From assembly GCA_032654565.1 (NCBI GenBank), contig JAULAX010000017.1:256001-320000 (forward strand): a stretch of DNA of 64,000 nt, in the 5' to 3' direction. The position numbers and the translations under genes are program-made. Under the pieces are notes generated by a model that was given only the letters and a program-made list of their open reading frames with translations, was not told the DNA's origin and made no database searches. This DNA comes from Anaeromyxobacteraceae bacterium (GTDB lineage Bacteria > Myxococcota > Myxococcia > Myxococcales > Anaeromyxobacteraceae). The stretch's first letter is position 1. Each line of letters opens with the position of its first letter. Of this stretch, positions 33,067-41,990 are shown one piece after another.

Positions 33067-33468
33067 TCAGCCCCCGGCCGGCTCTTCGGCGGGGCGCGCC
33101 TTCACCTCGGCCTTCACCTCTGGCCGCGGCTCGCCCTGCTCGTCGGGCCGGACCCGGATCTCCGCCTTCACCTCCACCACCATCGAGGTCAGCGCCCGGG
33201 TCACCTCGCGCCGCACCGCCTCCGACTCGAAGAAGCGGCGGACCTCGTCGGAGAAGACGCGCAGCACCTCGTCCTTGGCGCCGCTGGCCTGGGCGCCGAG
33301 GTAGCCGACCAGCTCCTTGGGCAGCTTCCACTCCCGGGCCAGGCGGCGGGCCCCCTCCTCGGTGAGGAAGAGCGCCCCCATGCCGGTCAGCAGCGCCTTG
33401 CGCAGGGCGTCCTGCAGCCCCTTGGCGCCCGCCTCCGTCCCCGGCTCGTCCCCTCGCGGATCGTCCAT
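33067..33468 (-). CDS. Phasin-like hypothetical protein
   Basis: GGAGG RBS; LRKALLTGMGALFLTEE resembles the N-terminus of PhaF/PhaI-type phasins. Confidence 0.6.
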   Translation of the reverse strand: MDDPRGDEPGTEAGAKGLQDALRKALLTGMGALFLTEEGARRLAREWKLPKELVGYLGAQASGAKDEVLRVFSDEVRRFFESEAVRREVTRALTSMVVEVKAEIRVRPDEQGEPRPEVKAEVKARPAEEPAGG

Positions 33469-33492
33469 GCGCCCCCTCCGACGCCGGCGATC

Positions 33493-34581
33493 CTACCCCC
33501 GGGCGGCCGGCTGTCCAATCACCGGGAGGCGCGGGGCCTTGACCACCTGCTGGCTGACCGCCCCGGCCACCTGCTTGGCCACCTCGATGAAGGCCTTGGC
33601 CTGGACGCTGTCGGGGGCGCCCGCCACCACCGGGAGCCCCTTGTCGCCGCCCACCCGGATGGCGAGGTCGAGCGGCACCTCGCCGAGGAAGCGGATCCCC
33701 ATCTTCTCCGCGGCGTCCTTGGCCCCGCCCTTGTCGAAGATGGGGGTCTCGACGTGGCAGTGCGGGCAGATGAAGGCCGACATGTTCTCGACCAGGCCGA
33801 GGATGGGCACCGCCACCTTGTCGAACATCAGCTTGGCCCGGATGACGTCGGCCAGCGCCACGTCCTGCGGCGTCGAGACCAGCACCACCCCGGCCGCCTT
33901 GACGTTCTGGGCGATGGTCAGCGGGATGTCGCCGGTGCCGGGCGGCAGGTCGAGCACCAGGTAGTCGAGCTCCCCCCAGTCCACCTCCCGCAGCAGCTGC
34001 AGCAGCGCCCCGGTGGCCATGGGGCCGCGCCAGATGAGCGCCTGGTCGGGGTCCACGAGGAAGCCGATCGACATGACGTCGACGCCGTGGGCGCGCAGCG
34101 GGGTGATCCGCTTGCCGTCCTTGGAGGTCGGCTTCTCGGTGACGCCGGTGAGGATGGGGATCGACGGGCCGTAGATGTCGGCGTCGAGGATGCCCACCTT
34201 GGCGCCGAGCTGGGCCAGCGCCACCGCCAGGTTGATGGAGACGGTGCTCTTGCCGACCCCGCCCTTGCCCGCCCCCACCAGGATGATGTTCTTCACCCCG
34301 GGGGTGAGGCCGCCCGCCGCCACGCCCGGCGCGGAGCGGACCTGGGCGCCCCAGGTGATCTTCACGGCGCTGGCGCCGGCCGCCTTGAGCGCCGCCTCGA
34401 CGTCCCTGCCGATGGTGTCCTTGAGCGGGCAGGCGGGGGTGGTGAGCTCCACCTTGAGCGAGACGGTGGTCCCCTCGACGACGAGGTCCTTGATCATCCC
34501 GAGGCTGACGAGGTCCCGGTGCAGCTCGGGGTCGTTCACCTTCTTCAGGGCTTCCAGCGCGCTGTTCTTGTCGAGTGCCAT
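33493..34581 (-). CDS. mrp: Mrp/NBP35 family Fe-S cluster carrier ATPase
   Basis: DPEL...LTTPACP, GKGGVGKST, DADIYGPS, DLPPGTGD, ENMS.FICPHC. Confidence 0.96.
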   Translation of the reverse strand: MALDKNSALEALKKVNDPELHRDLVSLGMIKDLVVEGTTVSLKVELTTPACPLKDTIGRDVEAALKAAGASAVKITWGAQVRSAPGVAAGGLTPGVKNIILVGAGKGGVGKSTVSINLAVALAQLGAKVGILDADIYGPSIPILTGVTEKPTSKDGKRITPLRAHGVDVMSIGFLVDPDQALIWRGPMATGALLQLLREVDWGELDYLVLDLPPGTGDIPLTIAQNVKAAGVVLVSTPQDVALADVIRAKLMFDKVAVPILGLVENMSAFICPHCHVETPIFDKGGAKDAAEKMGIRFLGEVPLDLAIRVGGDKGLPVVAGAPDSVQAKAFIEVAKQVAGAVSQQVVKAPRLPVIGQPAARG

Positions 34582-34638
34582 GGGTCGGTCCTTATAACCG
34601 CGGGGGGCGGGCCGGACAACGCTCGTTGGAGGCCCGGC

Positions 34639-35757
34639 TCATGGGCCCCGCAGCGGCAGGAGCTCCGCCCCGGCCCCGGGCGGCTGCACCCGGACCTCCG
34701 CCTCCTCCCCGAGGCGGCCGACCACGCTGACCTCCACGTCGAGGAAGCGGCGGATCACCGCGGCGGTCCCGAGCAGGTGGGGGGTGAGGGCGCTGGCGGT
34801 GTAGCGGGTGACCGGGACCACCCCCGCGGGCGGCACCACGCGCCGCGCCGCCAGCAGCGCGGCCGGGAGCAGCAGCTGGTCGGCCAGGTGGACGTCGACG
34901 GCGCCGCCGCGGGCCAGGTGCTCCTGGAAGGCGGCCACCGCCTCGGCCGCCGCCCCCTCCCCGGCCCGGGCGCCGGCCCGGGTGGCGGCGTGGCTGGAGC
35001 GGGTCCGTTCGAAGCTGGCCACCAGCAGGGTGTGGCGGCCGCGCGAGCCGCGCACCGGCAGCGCCAGCCGCTCCGCCTCGGAGACCACCCCCAGCGCCCC
35101 CAGCGCCTTCTGGGCGTGGGCCGCCTCGGCGACGGCGTCGGCCCAGGCCAGCCCACCGATCATGGCCAGCACCTCCACCCCGAGCAGCAGGCCGCGGTGG
35201 CGCAGGTCGAGCGGCGGCATGGGCCGGGCCGGCTCGATCCGGGCGCTGAGGAGCCCGCCCCCCTCGGGGTCGAAGCCGGCCGCCTGCAGCCCCAGCTCGA
35301 TGGGGAAGCCGAGCCGGGCCATGGCCGGGGCCCAGGCCAGCGCCAGCTCGTGGAAGCTGGGGGCGCCGGCCTGGTGGGTGGCGCCGGCGATGGTCAGCAT
35401 CGAGGGGCCACCGGCCAGCGCCAGGGGCCAGCAGAGGGTCTGGAGCAGCAGCGTCGCCGAGCCCGAGGCGCCGAGCTCGAAGCGCCAGTCGCCAGGCGTC
35501 ACCGGCCCCCCGGGGACGAACGACAGCCGCTCGCCCCCCACCACGTCGCCGGCCACCTCGGCCCGGCAGAGCCTGGCCGCGGCGCGGACCACCTCCACGT
35601 GGCGGGCCTTGAGGCCGGGCTCTTCACGGGTGGTGCGGAGCCGCGACACGCCGAAGGCGCGGCCGGTCACGCAGGCCAGCGCCAGGGCGGTGCGCAGCAG
35701 CTGGCCGCCCCCTTCGCCCTGCGAGCCGTCGATGAGGATGGGCAGGTCCACCGCCAT
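34639..35757 (-). CDS. rtcA: RNA 3'-terminal phosphate cyclase
   Basis: IDGSQGEGGGQLLRTALAL, PGL..H, GSATLLLQT, HLADQLLLP, candidate catalytic His in TPHLL. Confidence 0.88.
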   Translation of the reverse strand: MAVDLPILIDGSQGEGGGQLLRTALALACVTGRAFGVSRLRTTREEPGLKARHVEVVRAAARLCRAEVAGDVVGGERLSFVPGGPVTPGDWRFELGASGSATLLLQTLCWPLALAGGPSMLTIAGATHQAGAPSFHELALAWAPAMARLGFPIELGLQAAGFDPEGGGLLSARIEPARPMPPLDLRHRGLLLGVEVLAMIGGLAWADAVAEAAHAQKALGALGVVSEAERLALPVRGSRGRHTLLVASFERTRSSHAATRAGARAGEGAAAEAVAAFQEHLARGGAVDVHLADQLLLPAALLAARRVVPPAGVVPVTRYTASALTPHLLGTAAVIRRFLDVEVSVVGRLGEEAEVRVQPPGAGAELLPLRGP

Positions 35758-35823
35758 GCCGGGAGTGTAGCCGCTCCACGCCGCCTCGAGGGCGGGTCCT
35801 CGGGGGGCGTGCTAGATCAGGCC

Positions 35824-37062
35824 ATGGCGGCCGCCCTGCTGGTCTTCACCCTCACCTACCTGGCCATCGCGGCCGGGCGGGTGCCGTGGCTCTCCATCGA
35901 CCGGCCGGCGGCGGCGCTGCTGGGCGCGGTGATGATGGTGGCCACCGGGGTGCTGCTGCCCGCCGAAGCGGGCGCGGCGATCAACGGCGACACCCTGGGG
36001 CTCTTGCTGGGGATGATGATCCTGGCCGCCTACCTGGCCGAGGCCGGCTTCTTCCGCTGGGCCTCCTGGCGGGTCATCCGCGCCGCCGGCACCCCGCGCT
36101 CGCTGCTCTGGGGGCTGACGCTCACCGCCGGCCTGCTCTCCGCCTTCCTGGTCAACGACACCGTCTGCCTGCTGATGACGCCGCTGGTGGTCCGCATCGT
36201 CGACGACGCCGACCTGCCGCCGCTCCCCTACCTGCTGGCCATCGCCTTCGGCTCCAACGCCGGCAGCGCCGCCACCCTCACCGGCAACCCCCAGAACATG
36301 CTGGTGGGGACGCTCTCGGGCATCCCCTACCCGCGCTTCGCCGCGGCGCTGGCCCTGCCGGCCGCCGCCTCGCTGCTGGTGGTGGCGGCGCTGCTCCACG
36401 GGCTGTTCCGGCGACAGCTGCCCCGCCGACGACTGGACAACGGCGCGCTCGCCGAGCCGCCGCTGGAGGTCGGGCTGCTGCGGCGGGCGCTGCTGGCCAC
36501 GGGGCTGGCGGTGGCCGGCTTCCTGGCCGGCTTCCCCCTGGCCTGGACCGCGCTCTTCGCCGCCGCGCTCCTCATGGCGGTGGCCGGGCGGGCGCCGCGC
36601 GAGGCGCTGGCCCGGGTCGACTGGCCGCTGCTCCTCTTCTTCGCCGGGCTCTTCGTGGTGGTGGCCGGCGTCGGCCGGGCCGGGTTGGCGGAGGGCTTCT
36701 ACCAGGCCTTCGCCCCGTGGCTGGGCGTCACCCCGGAGCGGCAGGCGCTGGCCTTCGCCGGCTTCACCGTGGTGGCCTCGCAGGTGGTCTCCAACGTCCC
36801 GTTCGTCCTGCTGGCCGCCACCTGGATCCCCCGCCTCGCCGACCCGGAGCTGCTCTGGCTGGCGACCGCCCTTTCGGCGACGCTGGCCGGCAACCTGACC
36901 GTGGTCGGCTCGGTGGCCAACCTGATCGTCCTCGAGCTGGCAGGCCCCAAAGGGAGGGTCGGCTTCTGGAGATTCCTCCGCTACGGGGCGGTGGTGACCG
37001 GGGGCACCCTGGTGGTTGGATTGGGGATCCTGCTGCTGGAGCGACGCCTCGGCTGGATCTGA
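35824..37062 (+). CDS. ArsB/NhaD-superfamily (CitMHS/SLC13-like) anion transporter
   Basis: About 11-12 hydrophobic segments; SAFLVND, GSNAGSAATLTGNPQN, VSNVP, TLAGNLT..GSVAN. Confidence 0.9.
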   Translation: MAAALLVFTLTYLAIAAGRVPWLSIDRPAAALLGAVMMVATGVLLPAEAGAAINGDTLGLLLGMMILAAYLAEAGFFRWASWRVIRAAGTPRSLLWGLTLTAGLLSAFLVNDTVCLLMTPLVVRIVDDADLPPLPYLLAIAFGSNAGSAATLTGNPQNMLVGTLSGIPYPRFAAALALPAAASLLVVAALLHGLFRRQLPRRRLDNGALAEPPLEVGLLRRALLATGLAVAGFLAGFPLAWTALFAAALLMAVAGRAPREALARVDWPLLLFFAGLFVVVAGVGRAGLAEGFYQAFAPWLGVTPERQALAFAGFTVVASQVVSNVPFVLLAATWIPRLADPELLWLATALSATLAGNLTVVGSVANLIVLELAGPKGRVGFWRFLRYGAVVTGGTLVVGLGILLLERRLGWI

Positions 37063-37095
37063 TTCGCTCAACCGTCTGTGATTCCACGTCTTTCT

Positions 37096-37147
37096 CATTA
37101 CTCTGGGACGGGATGAACGGGACCAGCACATTACTCTGGGACGGGAT
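37096..37147 (+). repeat. Direct repeat CATTACTCTGGGACGGGAT x2
   Basis: Exact 19-bp copies at 37096-37114 and 37129-37147 with a 14-bp spacer. Confidence 0.85.
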
Positions 37148-37166
37148 CGGGGGGAGGCGCCCGCTT

Positions 37167-37192
37167 CGAAATACCGGCGGCCGGTTCCCGTA
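37167..37192 (+). promoter_or_regulatory. Putative ECF (SigW-like) promoter
   Basis: CGAAAT-N16-CGTA versus SigW consensus TGAAAC-N16-CGTA; 9 nt upstream of ATG 37202. Confidence 0.5.
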
Positions 37193-37201
37193 TGGAATGG
37201 C

Positions 37202-37852
37202 ATGGTTGGCGCCACCACCTTCCCCGGATTCATCCTCTCCCTCCCCACCCTGGCCGAGGTGCTGCCGCAGGTGACGGAGCTCGACCCAGCCGCGCTCCTG
37301 GCGCGCGCCGCCGCTGGCGGCGACCGGACCTCCTTCGCCCGGCTGGTGGACCTGTATCGCCGCTCCGTCCACGGGCTCTGCTTCCGCCTGCTCCGCGACC
37401 CCGAGGAGGCCCGCGACGCCGCCCAGGAGACCTTCGTGCGCGCCTGGGGTGCCATCGCCACCTATGACGCCGCCCAGCCCTTCGGCCCGTGGATCCTGCG
37501 CATCGCCCGCAACCACGCCCTCGACGTGCTGCGCCGCCGCGTCCCGGCCGGGCGGCAGGTGGCGCTCGACGCCGACCCCGAGGAGGGCGCGCCGGTGACC
37601 GAGCTGGCCGGGCACCACCCGGCCGCCGACGCCGTCCTCGAGCAGGCCCAGACCCGCGCCGCGCTGGAGGCGGCGGTGGCCGCCCTGCCCGCCAACTACC
37701 GCGAGGTGATCCAGCTCTTCCACGTCGAGCAGCTCTCCTACAAGGAGATCGCCGACACCCTCGACGTCCCCATGGGGACGGTGATGACCTGGCTGCACCG
37801 GGCCCGCGGCAAGCTGCGCGCCACGCTCACCGAGCAAGGGCTGGAGGGATGA
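37202..37852 (+). CDS. ECF sigma-70 factor
   Basis: Region 2: EEARDAAQETFVRAW, FGPWILRIARN; region 4: LSYKEIADTLDVPMGTVMTWLHRAR; downstream GTG starts possible. Confidence 0.95.
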   Translation: MVGATTFPGFILSLPTLAEVLPQVTELDPAALLARAAAGGDRTSFARLVDLYRRSVHGLCFRLLRDPEEARDAAQETFVRAWGAIATYDAAQPFGPWILRIARNHALDVLRRRVPAGRQVALDADPEEGAPVTELAGHHPAADAVLEQAQTRAALEAAVAALPANYREVIQLFHVEQLSYKEIADTLDVPMGTVMTWLHRARGKLRATLTEQGLEG

Positions 37853-38376
37853 CCATGACCACCATCAGCGGACACCTCACCGATGCGCAGGCCCAGCGGC
37901 TCCTCGAGCGGGCCCTCCAGCCCGCCACCGACGCCGGGGTCGCCGAGCACGCCGCCGCCTGCGCCGAGTGCGGCGCCCTGGTGGAGTCCTTCCGGCTGCT
38001 CGGCGAGGCCCTCGACGGCCTCGAGGTCCCGCCCCTGCCGGCCGACTTCACCGCCCAGGTGATGGCCCGCATCGACGACGCCGAGCAGGCTGCCGCCCGC
38101 GAGCGGCGCTGGGCGCTGGCCCTGGCCGCGGCCGTCCTGGTGGTCGCCGGCGTGGGCGTCGCCGCCGCCGGCGCCACCGGCCTCGGCAGCGTGGTCAGCG
38201 CCGCCTCCGAGCAGCTCGACCTCGCGCTGCGCGCCTTCCGGGTCGGCGCCGGCGTCCTCCCCGGCCTGCTCTCGGCGCTGCGCCTGCCGCTGCTGCTCGC
38301 CACCACCGCCCTCTCCCTGCCCCTCTTCTACGGGCTGTCCCGGCTCATGCCGGCGACCCGCACCGAGTCCATCTGA
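37849..38376 (+). CDS. Zinc-binding (ZAS, zf-HC2) anti-sigma factor
   Basis: HAAACAEC (HxxxCxxC), P.DFTAQVMARI, then two hydrophobic segments; start overlaps the sigma stop. Confidence 0.85.
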   Translation: MTMTTISGHLTDAQAQRLLERALQPATDAGVAEHAAACAECGALVESFRLLGEALDGLEVPPLPADFTAQVMARIDDAEQAAARERRWALALAAAVLVVAGVGVAAAGATGLGSVVSAASEQLDLALRAFRVGAGVLPGLLSALRLPLLLATTALSLPLFYGLSRLMPATRTESI

Positions 38377-38387
38377 ACGGAGCCTCC

Positions 38388-40154
38388 ATGCTCGTCGTCC
38401 TCGCCTCGCTCCTCCTCATCCAGGGCCCCGAGTCGGCGCCGCCGCCGCCCCCGGCGCCGCCGCCGGTCGAGGCGGCTCGTCCCGTCCCACCTGTCCCGCC
38501 CGTCCCGCCGGCGCCTCCACGCGCCGTCATCAAGGTGATCAAGGCCGAAGCGCTCGATCAGGCCGACCCGATGCGTGGCGACTGGCCAGCCCAGCCCTCC
38601 GGCAAGCGGGTCACGCTCGACTCCAAGCAGACCATCGACGACGCCGTGGCCGAGATCGGCAAGGCCGCCGGCTGGAGCGTCGCCACCAACACCGGCCGGC
38701 TCGGCGATCGGATGCTGGTCCTGCGACTCAAGGACGTTCCGGTCGAGGAGGCGCTGCGCGCCGTCCTCTCCGGCTCGGGCCTCGTCGCCACGCGGCGTGG
38801 CACCATCGTGGCGGTGGCCCCCGGGCTGTCCCCGGCGGCGCCCTCCCGGCCGGTGCTGACCGGCTTCGACAAGCCGAGCGGCCGCAAGTTCACCGGCGAC
38901 TTCGAGGACGAGGACGGCCGGGACGCCCTCCTGGAGATCGGGCGCAAGTCCGGCCTCTCCATCACCCTGCCCCCCGGCACCCACGGCAAGGTCACGGCCC
39001 ACTTCAAGGACACCCCCGTCGAGGAGGTCCTGCTCGCCGTCCTCTCGCAGGCTGGCCTCAGCGCCGAGCGGACCGGGAACGTGGTGGTGGTGGCCTCGGG
39101 GCGTGGCGGCCGCCGGATCAAGTTCGAGTCCTTCGGCGAGATCGGCGAGGAGATCGATCGGCTCACCGAGGACGCCACCCGCAGCGCCGAGCGTGAGGCC
39201 CGCCGCGCCGAGCGCGAGGCCCGCCGGGCCTCCGGCGGCTCCCGGAGCGACCGGGAGAACGTGGGCGGCGACGTGGTGGTGGAGCCCGGGGAGTCCGCCC
39301 GCGACGTCTCGGCGGTGCGCGGCAGCGTCACCCTGCGCCCCGGCGCCGAGGCCCGCGAGGTGGTGGCGGTGATCGGCAGCGTCACGCTCGAGGCCGGCGC
39401 CTCGGCCCGCCAGGTGGTGGCCATCGGCGGCGACGTCCACGTCGGCCCGGGCGCCTCGGTGGAGCAGGACGCCGTGGCCATCGGCGGCCGGGTGCTGGTC
39501 GATCCGGCCGGTGACGTCGGCGGCCAGAAGGTGACCGTGGGCGTCGGCGCCCTGGGGGACGCCATTCGCTCCTTCGGCCTGCGCGGCCACCAGGAGAGCA
39601 GCAGCTCCGGCTGGGGGCTGGCCTCGTGGGTGGCCAAGTTCGGCGTCATGCTGCTGCTCAGCTTCCTGCTCCTCACCTTCTTCCCGCGCCGGGTCGAGGC
39701 GGTGGGCGCCTCGCTGCTCTCCAGCCCGGGGACCTCGGTGCTGGCCGGCCTGCTCGGGCTGCTGGCCCAGCCCATCCTCTCGCTGCTGCTGGTGGTGACC
39801 ATCGTCGGCATCCCGCTGCTGGTGGTGCAGGCGCTCGGCATCGGCGTCGCCTACCTGATGGGGGTCACCGCGGTGGCCGTGCTGGTCGGGCGGGCCCTGC
39901 CCGCCGCGCTCCACCGCGGCACTGTGATCCTGCAGCTGGCCGTCGGCCTCGGGCTGGTGCTGCTGGCCTTCGCCATCCCCTTCGTCGGCTGGCTGCTCTG
40001 GGCCACGCTGGTGATGGCCACCTTCGGCGCCGTGCTGCGCACCCGCTTCGGCCAGACCCCGGTGCTGGAGACCGTGGCGGCCTCGCCGGCGCCGCCCCCG
40101 GCACCGCCCGCGCCACCGCCCATGCCCCCCCCGCCGCCGCCTTACGCGGGGTAG
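38388..40154 (+). CDS. Membrane protein with two STN/secretin-N0-like domains, bactofilin-like repeats and a C-terminal multi-TM domain
   Basis: LRLKDVPVEEALRAVL and VTAHFKDTPVEEVLLAVL repeats; VVA(I/V)GG.V.V repeats; about 6 hydrophobic helices. Confidence 0.75.
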   Translation: MLVVLASLLLIQGPESAPPPPPAPPPVEAARPVPPVPPVPPAPPRAVIKVIKAEALDQADPMRGDWPAQPSGKRVTLDSKQTIDDAVAEIGKAAGWSVATNTGRLGDRMLVLRLKDVPVEEALRAVLSGSGLVATRRGTIVAVAPGLSPAAPSRPVLTGFDKPSGRKFTGDFEDEDGRDALLEIGRKSGLSITLPPGTHGKVTAHFKDTPVEEVLLAVLSQAGLSAERTGNVVVVASGRGGRRIKFESFGEIGEEIDRLTEDATRSAEREARRAEREARRASGGSRSDRENVGGDVVVEPGESARDVSAVRGSVTLRPGAEAREVVAVIGSVTLEAGASARQVVAIGGDVHVGPGASVEQDAVAIGGRVLVDPAGDVGGQKVTVGVGALGDAIRSFGLRGHQESSSSGWGLASWVAKFGVMLLLSFLLLTFFPRRVEAVGASLLSSPGTSVLAGLLGLLAQPILSLLLVVTIVGIPLLVVQALGIGVAYLMGVTAVAVLVGRALPAALHRGTVILQLAVGLGLVLLAFAIPFVGWLLWATLVMATFGAVLRTRFGQTPVLETVAASPAPPPAPPAPPPMPPPPPPYAG

Positions 40155-40182
40155 CGGCGGGCGAGACCAGGGGGCCGGGTCC

Positions 40183-41952
40183 CTAGATCAGGACCAGGCC
40201 ATCCTCGGTGAACTCGGCCGAACCGGAGAGGATGGCCTCGAGGTTCTGGGAGCGCTCCTCCGAGAGCTGCGACATCAGCTCCAGCACCGTCGGGTAGGTC
40301 ATCACCAGGGCGTCGAAGTCGGCCCGCTGCAGCTTGAGCAGCGAGCCGCCGCGCTTCACGGTCACCGTGGAGGAGGCGCCGGTCTTGCGCAGGCAGCTCA
40401 TCTCGCCGAACAGGTCCCCCTCGCGCAGGTGGCCGATCAGCACCTCGGTCCCCTCCATGCGGTGGGTGACGTCGAGCGCCCCCTCCAGCACCACGTAGAG
40501 CCCGTCGGAGGGGGTCCCCTCGCGGATGATCACCTCGCCAGGCTTGACCGCCCGCTCGCGGAACTTCTCCATCACCGCCTTGCGGTCGCCGCGGCCGAAG
40601 GGGCGGAAGATGGGGCTGACCGCGAAGGCGTTGGCCAGCAGCCGCTGCCGATAGAAGCGGCGCAGCGAGTCGGCCACGTGCGGGTAGCGGCCGGCCAGCG
40701 AGCGCAGCACCTCGGCCTGCAGCACCAGCACCTCGGAGGGCTCCTCGGCCACCACCGTGGCGTTGCGCGGCGAGTTGGAGAGCAGCGCCATCTCGCCGAA
40801 GAACTCGCCTTCGCCGAGGTGGGCCAGCACCACCTGCTCCCCCTTCTCGTCCCGCTTGCGCACCGTGAGACGGCCGGTGGCGATGACGAAGAAGGCGCTT
40901 CCCTCCTCGCCTTCGGTGATCACCGTCTCGCCCGGGCCGAGCCGGACCACCGTGAGGCGCTGGGTCAGAGCCACGAAGGCCTCCGGCCCCAGGTCGGAGA
41001 AGATGGGGTACCGCGGCAGGCGGGCGTCGGCCGCCGGGGCGGCCGGCGCCGGAACCGGGGCGGCCTCGGGCTCGACCTCCAGCAGCAGCAGCGCCTCGTC
41101 GTCGACCAGGTCGACGTCGATCGCGACGTCGTCCTCGACGCCGACCAGCACCGCCTCCTCGGCGGCGGCCACGATGAGGTTGAAGGCGGTGGGATGGGCG
41201 GCGCGGGCCGGAGCGGGCGGAGCCGGTGGAGGCGCCGGCCGCGGCCGTGGCGGCGCCGCCTGGATCGGTGGCGGCGGCGGTGGAGCCATCCGGGGCGGCG
41301 GAGGCGGCGCGGCCTGGGGTGGCGGTGGCGCGGCCCGCGCTGGCGCTGGCGGCGGTGGCGGCTCGGCGTTGGAGGTGAGCTCGAAGGCGTCGGGATCGAC
41401 CTGGAGCTCGGGGGGCAGCTCCATGGCGTCGAGGCCGGGTGGCGCCGGCGGGGGCGCCGGTTCGGGCGAAGGCTCCGGCGCCGCGCCGAGCGGTAGCTCG
41501 ACGCCGCGCTCGATCTCCATCTCGATGCCGGTCTCCACCGACAGCTCGATGCCCTGGTCCGGGGCGGGCTCGACCACCTTGAGGGCCGGCATGGCCATCA
41601 TGGTCCGCATGGGCGGGCGCCCGGCGTCGGCGATGTTCCGCTTGCCGTAGAGGTCGGCGATCAGCCGCTGGGTGTGGCCGTGCTCGGGATCGAGCTCGAG
41701 GATGGTCTTGCAGATGGCGATGGCCTTGATGAGCAGGCCGTCGCGCGCGAACCGCTCGGCCACCTCGGCGTAGCGCTCCACCGCCTCGGCGATCTCGCCG
41801 CCGCGGCGGAGCACGTCGGCCAGCTTCTGGCACGAGGCCACGTCCCGCGGGTCGGCGCGCAGGATCTCGCGGAAGATCTCGGCCGCCTTCTCGACCTTCC
41901 CCTTCGAGGCGAGCTCGGCGGCCTTGTCCTTGAGCTTGCGGAGGTCCGCCAT
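40183..41952 (-). CDS. TPR-like plus tandem cyclic-nucleotide-binding domain protein
   Basis: N-terminal helical repeats (KAIAICKTILELDP), Pro-rich linker, two cNMP domains (GEFFGEMALL..PRNATV; GDLFGEMSCL). Confidence 0.88.
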   Translation of the reverse strand: MADLRKLKDKAAELASKGKVEKAAEIFREILRADPRDVASCQKLADVLRRGGEIAEAVERYAEVAERFARDGLLIKAIAICKTILELDPEHGHTQRLIADLYGKRNIADAGRPPMRTMMAMPALKVVEPAPDQGIELSVETGIEMEIERGVELPLGAAPEPSPEPAPPPAPPGLDAMELPPELQVDPDAFELTSNAEPPPPPAPARAAPPPPQAAPPPPPRMAPPPPPPIQAAPPRPRPAPPPAPPAPARAAHPTAFNLIVAAAEEAVLVGVEDDVAIDVDLVDDEALLLLEVEPEAAPVPAPAAPAADARLPRYPIFSDLGPEAFVALTQRLTVVRLGPGETVITEGEEGSAFFVIATGRLTVRKRDEKGEQVVLAHLGEGEFFGEMALLSNSPRNATVVAEEPSEVLVLQAEVLRSLAGRYPHVADSLRRFYRQRLLANAFAVSPIFRPFGRGDRKAVMEKFRERAVKPGEVIIREGTPSDGLYVVLEGALDVTHRMEGTEVLIGHLREGDLFGEMSCLRKTGASSTVTVKRGGSLLKLQRADFDALVMTYPTVLELMSQLSEERSQNLEAILSGSAEFTEDGLVLI

Positions 41953-41990
41953 GTCCTGATTCCTAACACAGCCGGCCCGATCGGTCCTCT

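Noticed and set aside
37096..37147. Possible mini-CRISPR array
   Set aside because: Only two 19-bp repeats with a 14-bp spacer, not palindromic, and no cas genes; kept as a dispersed repeat
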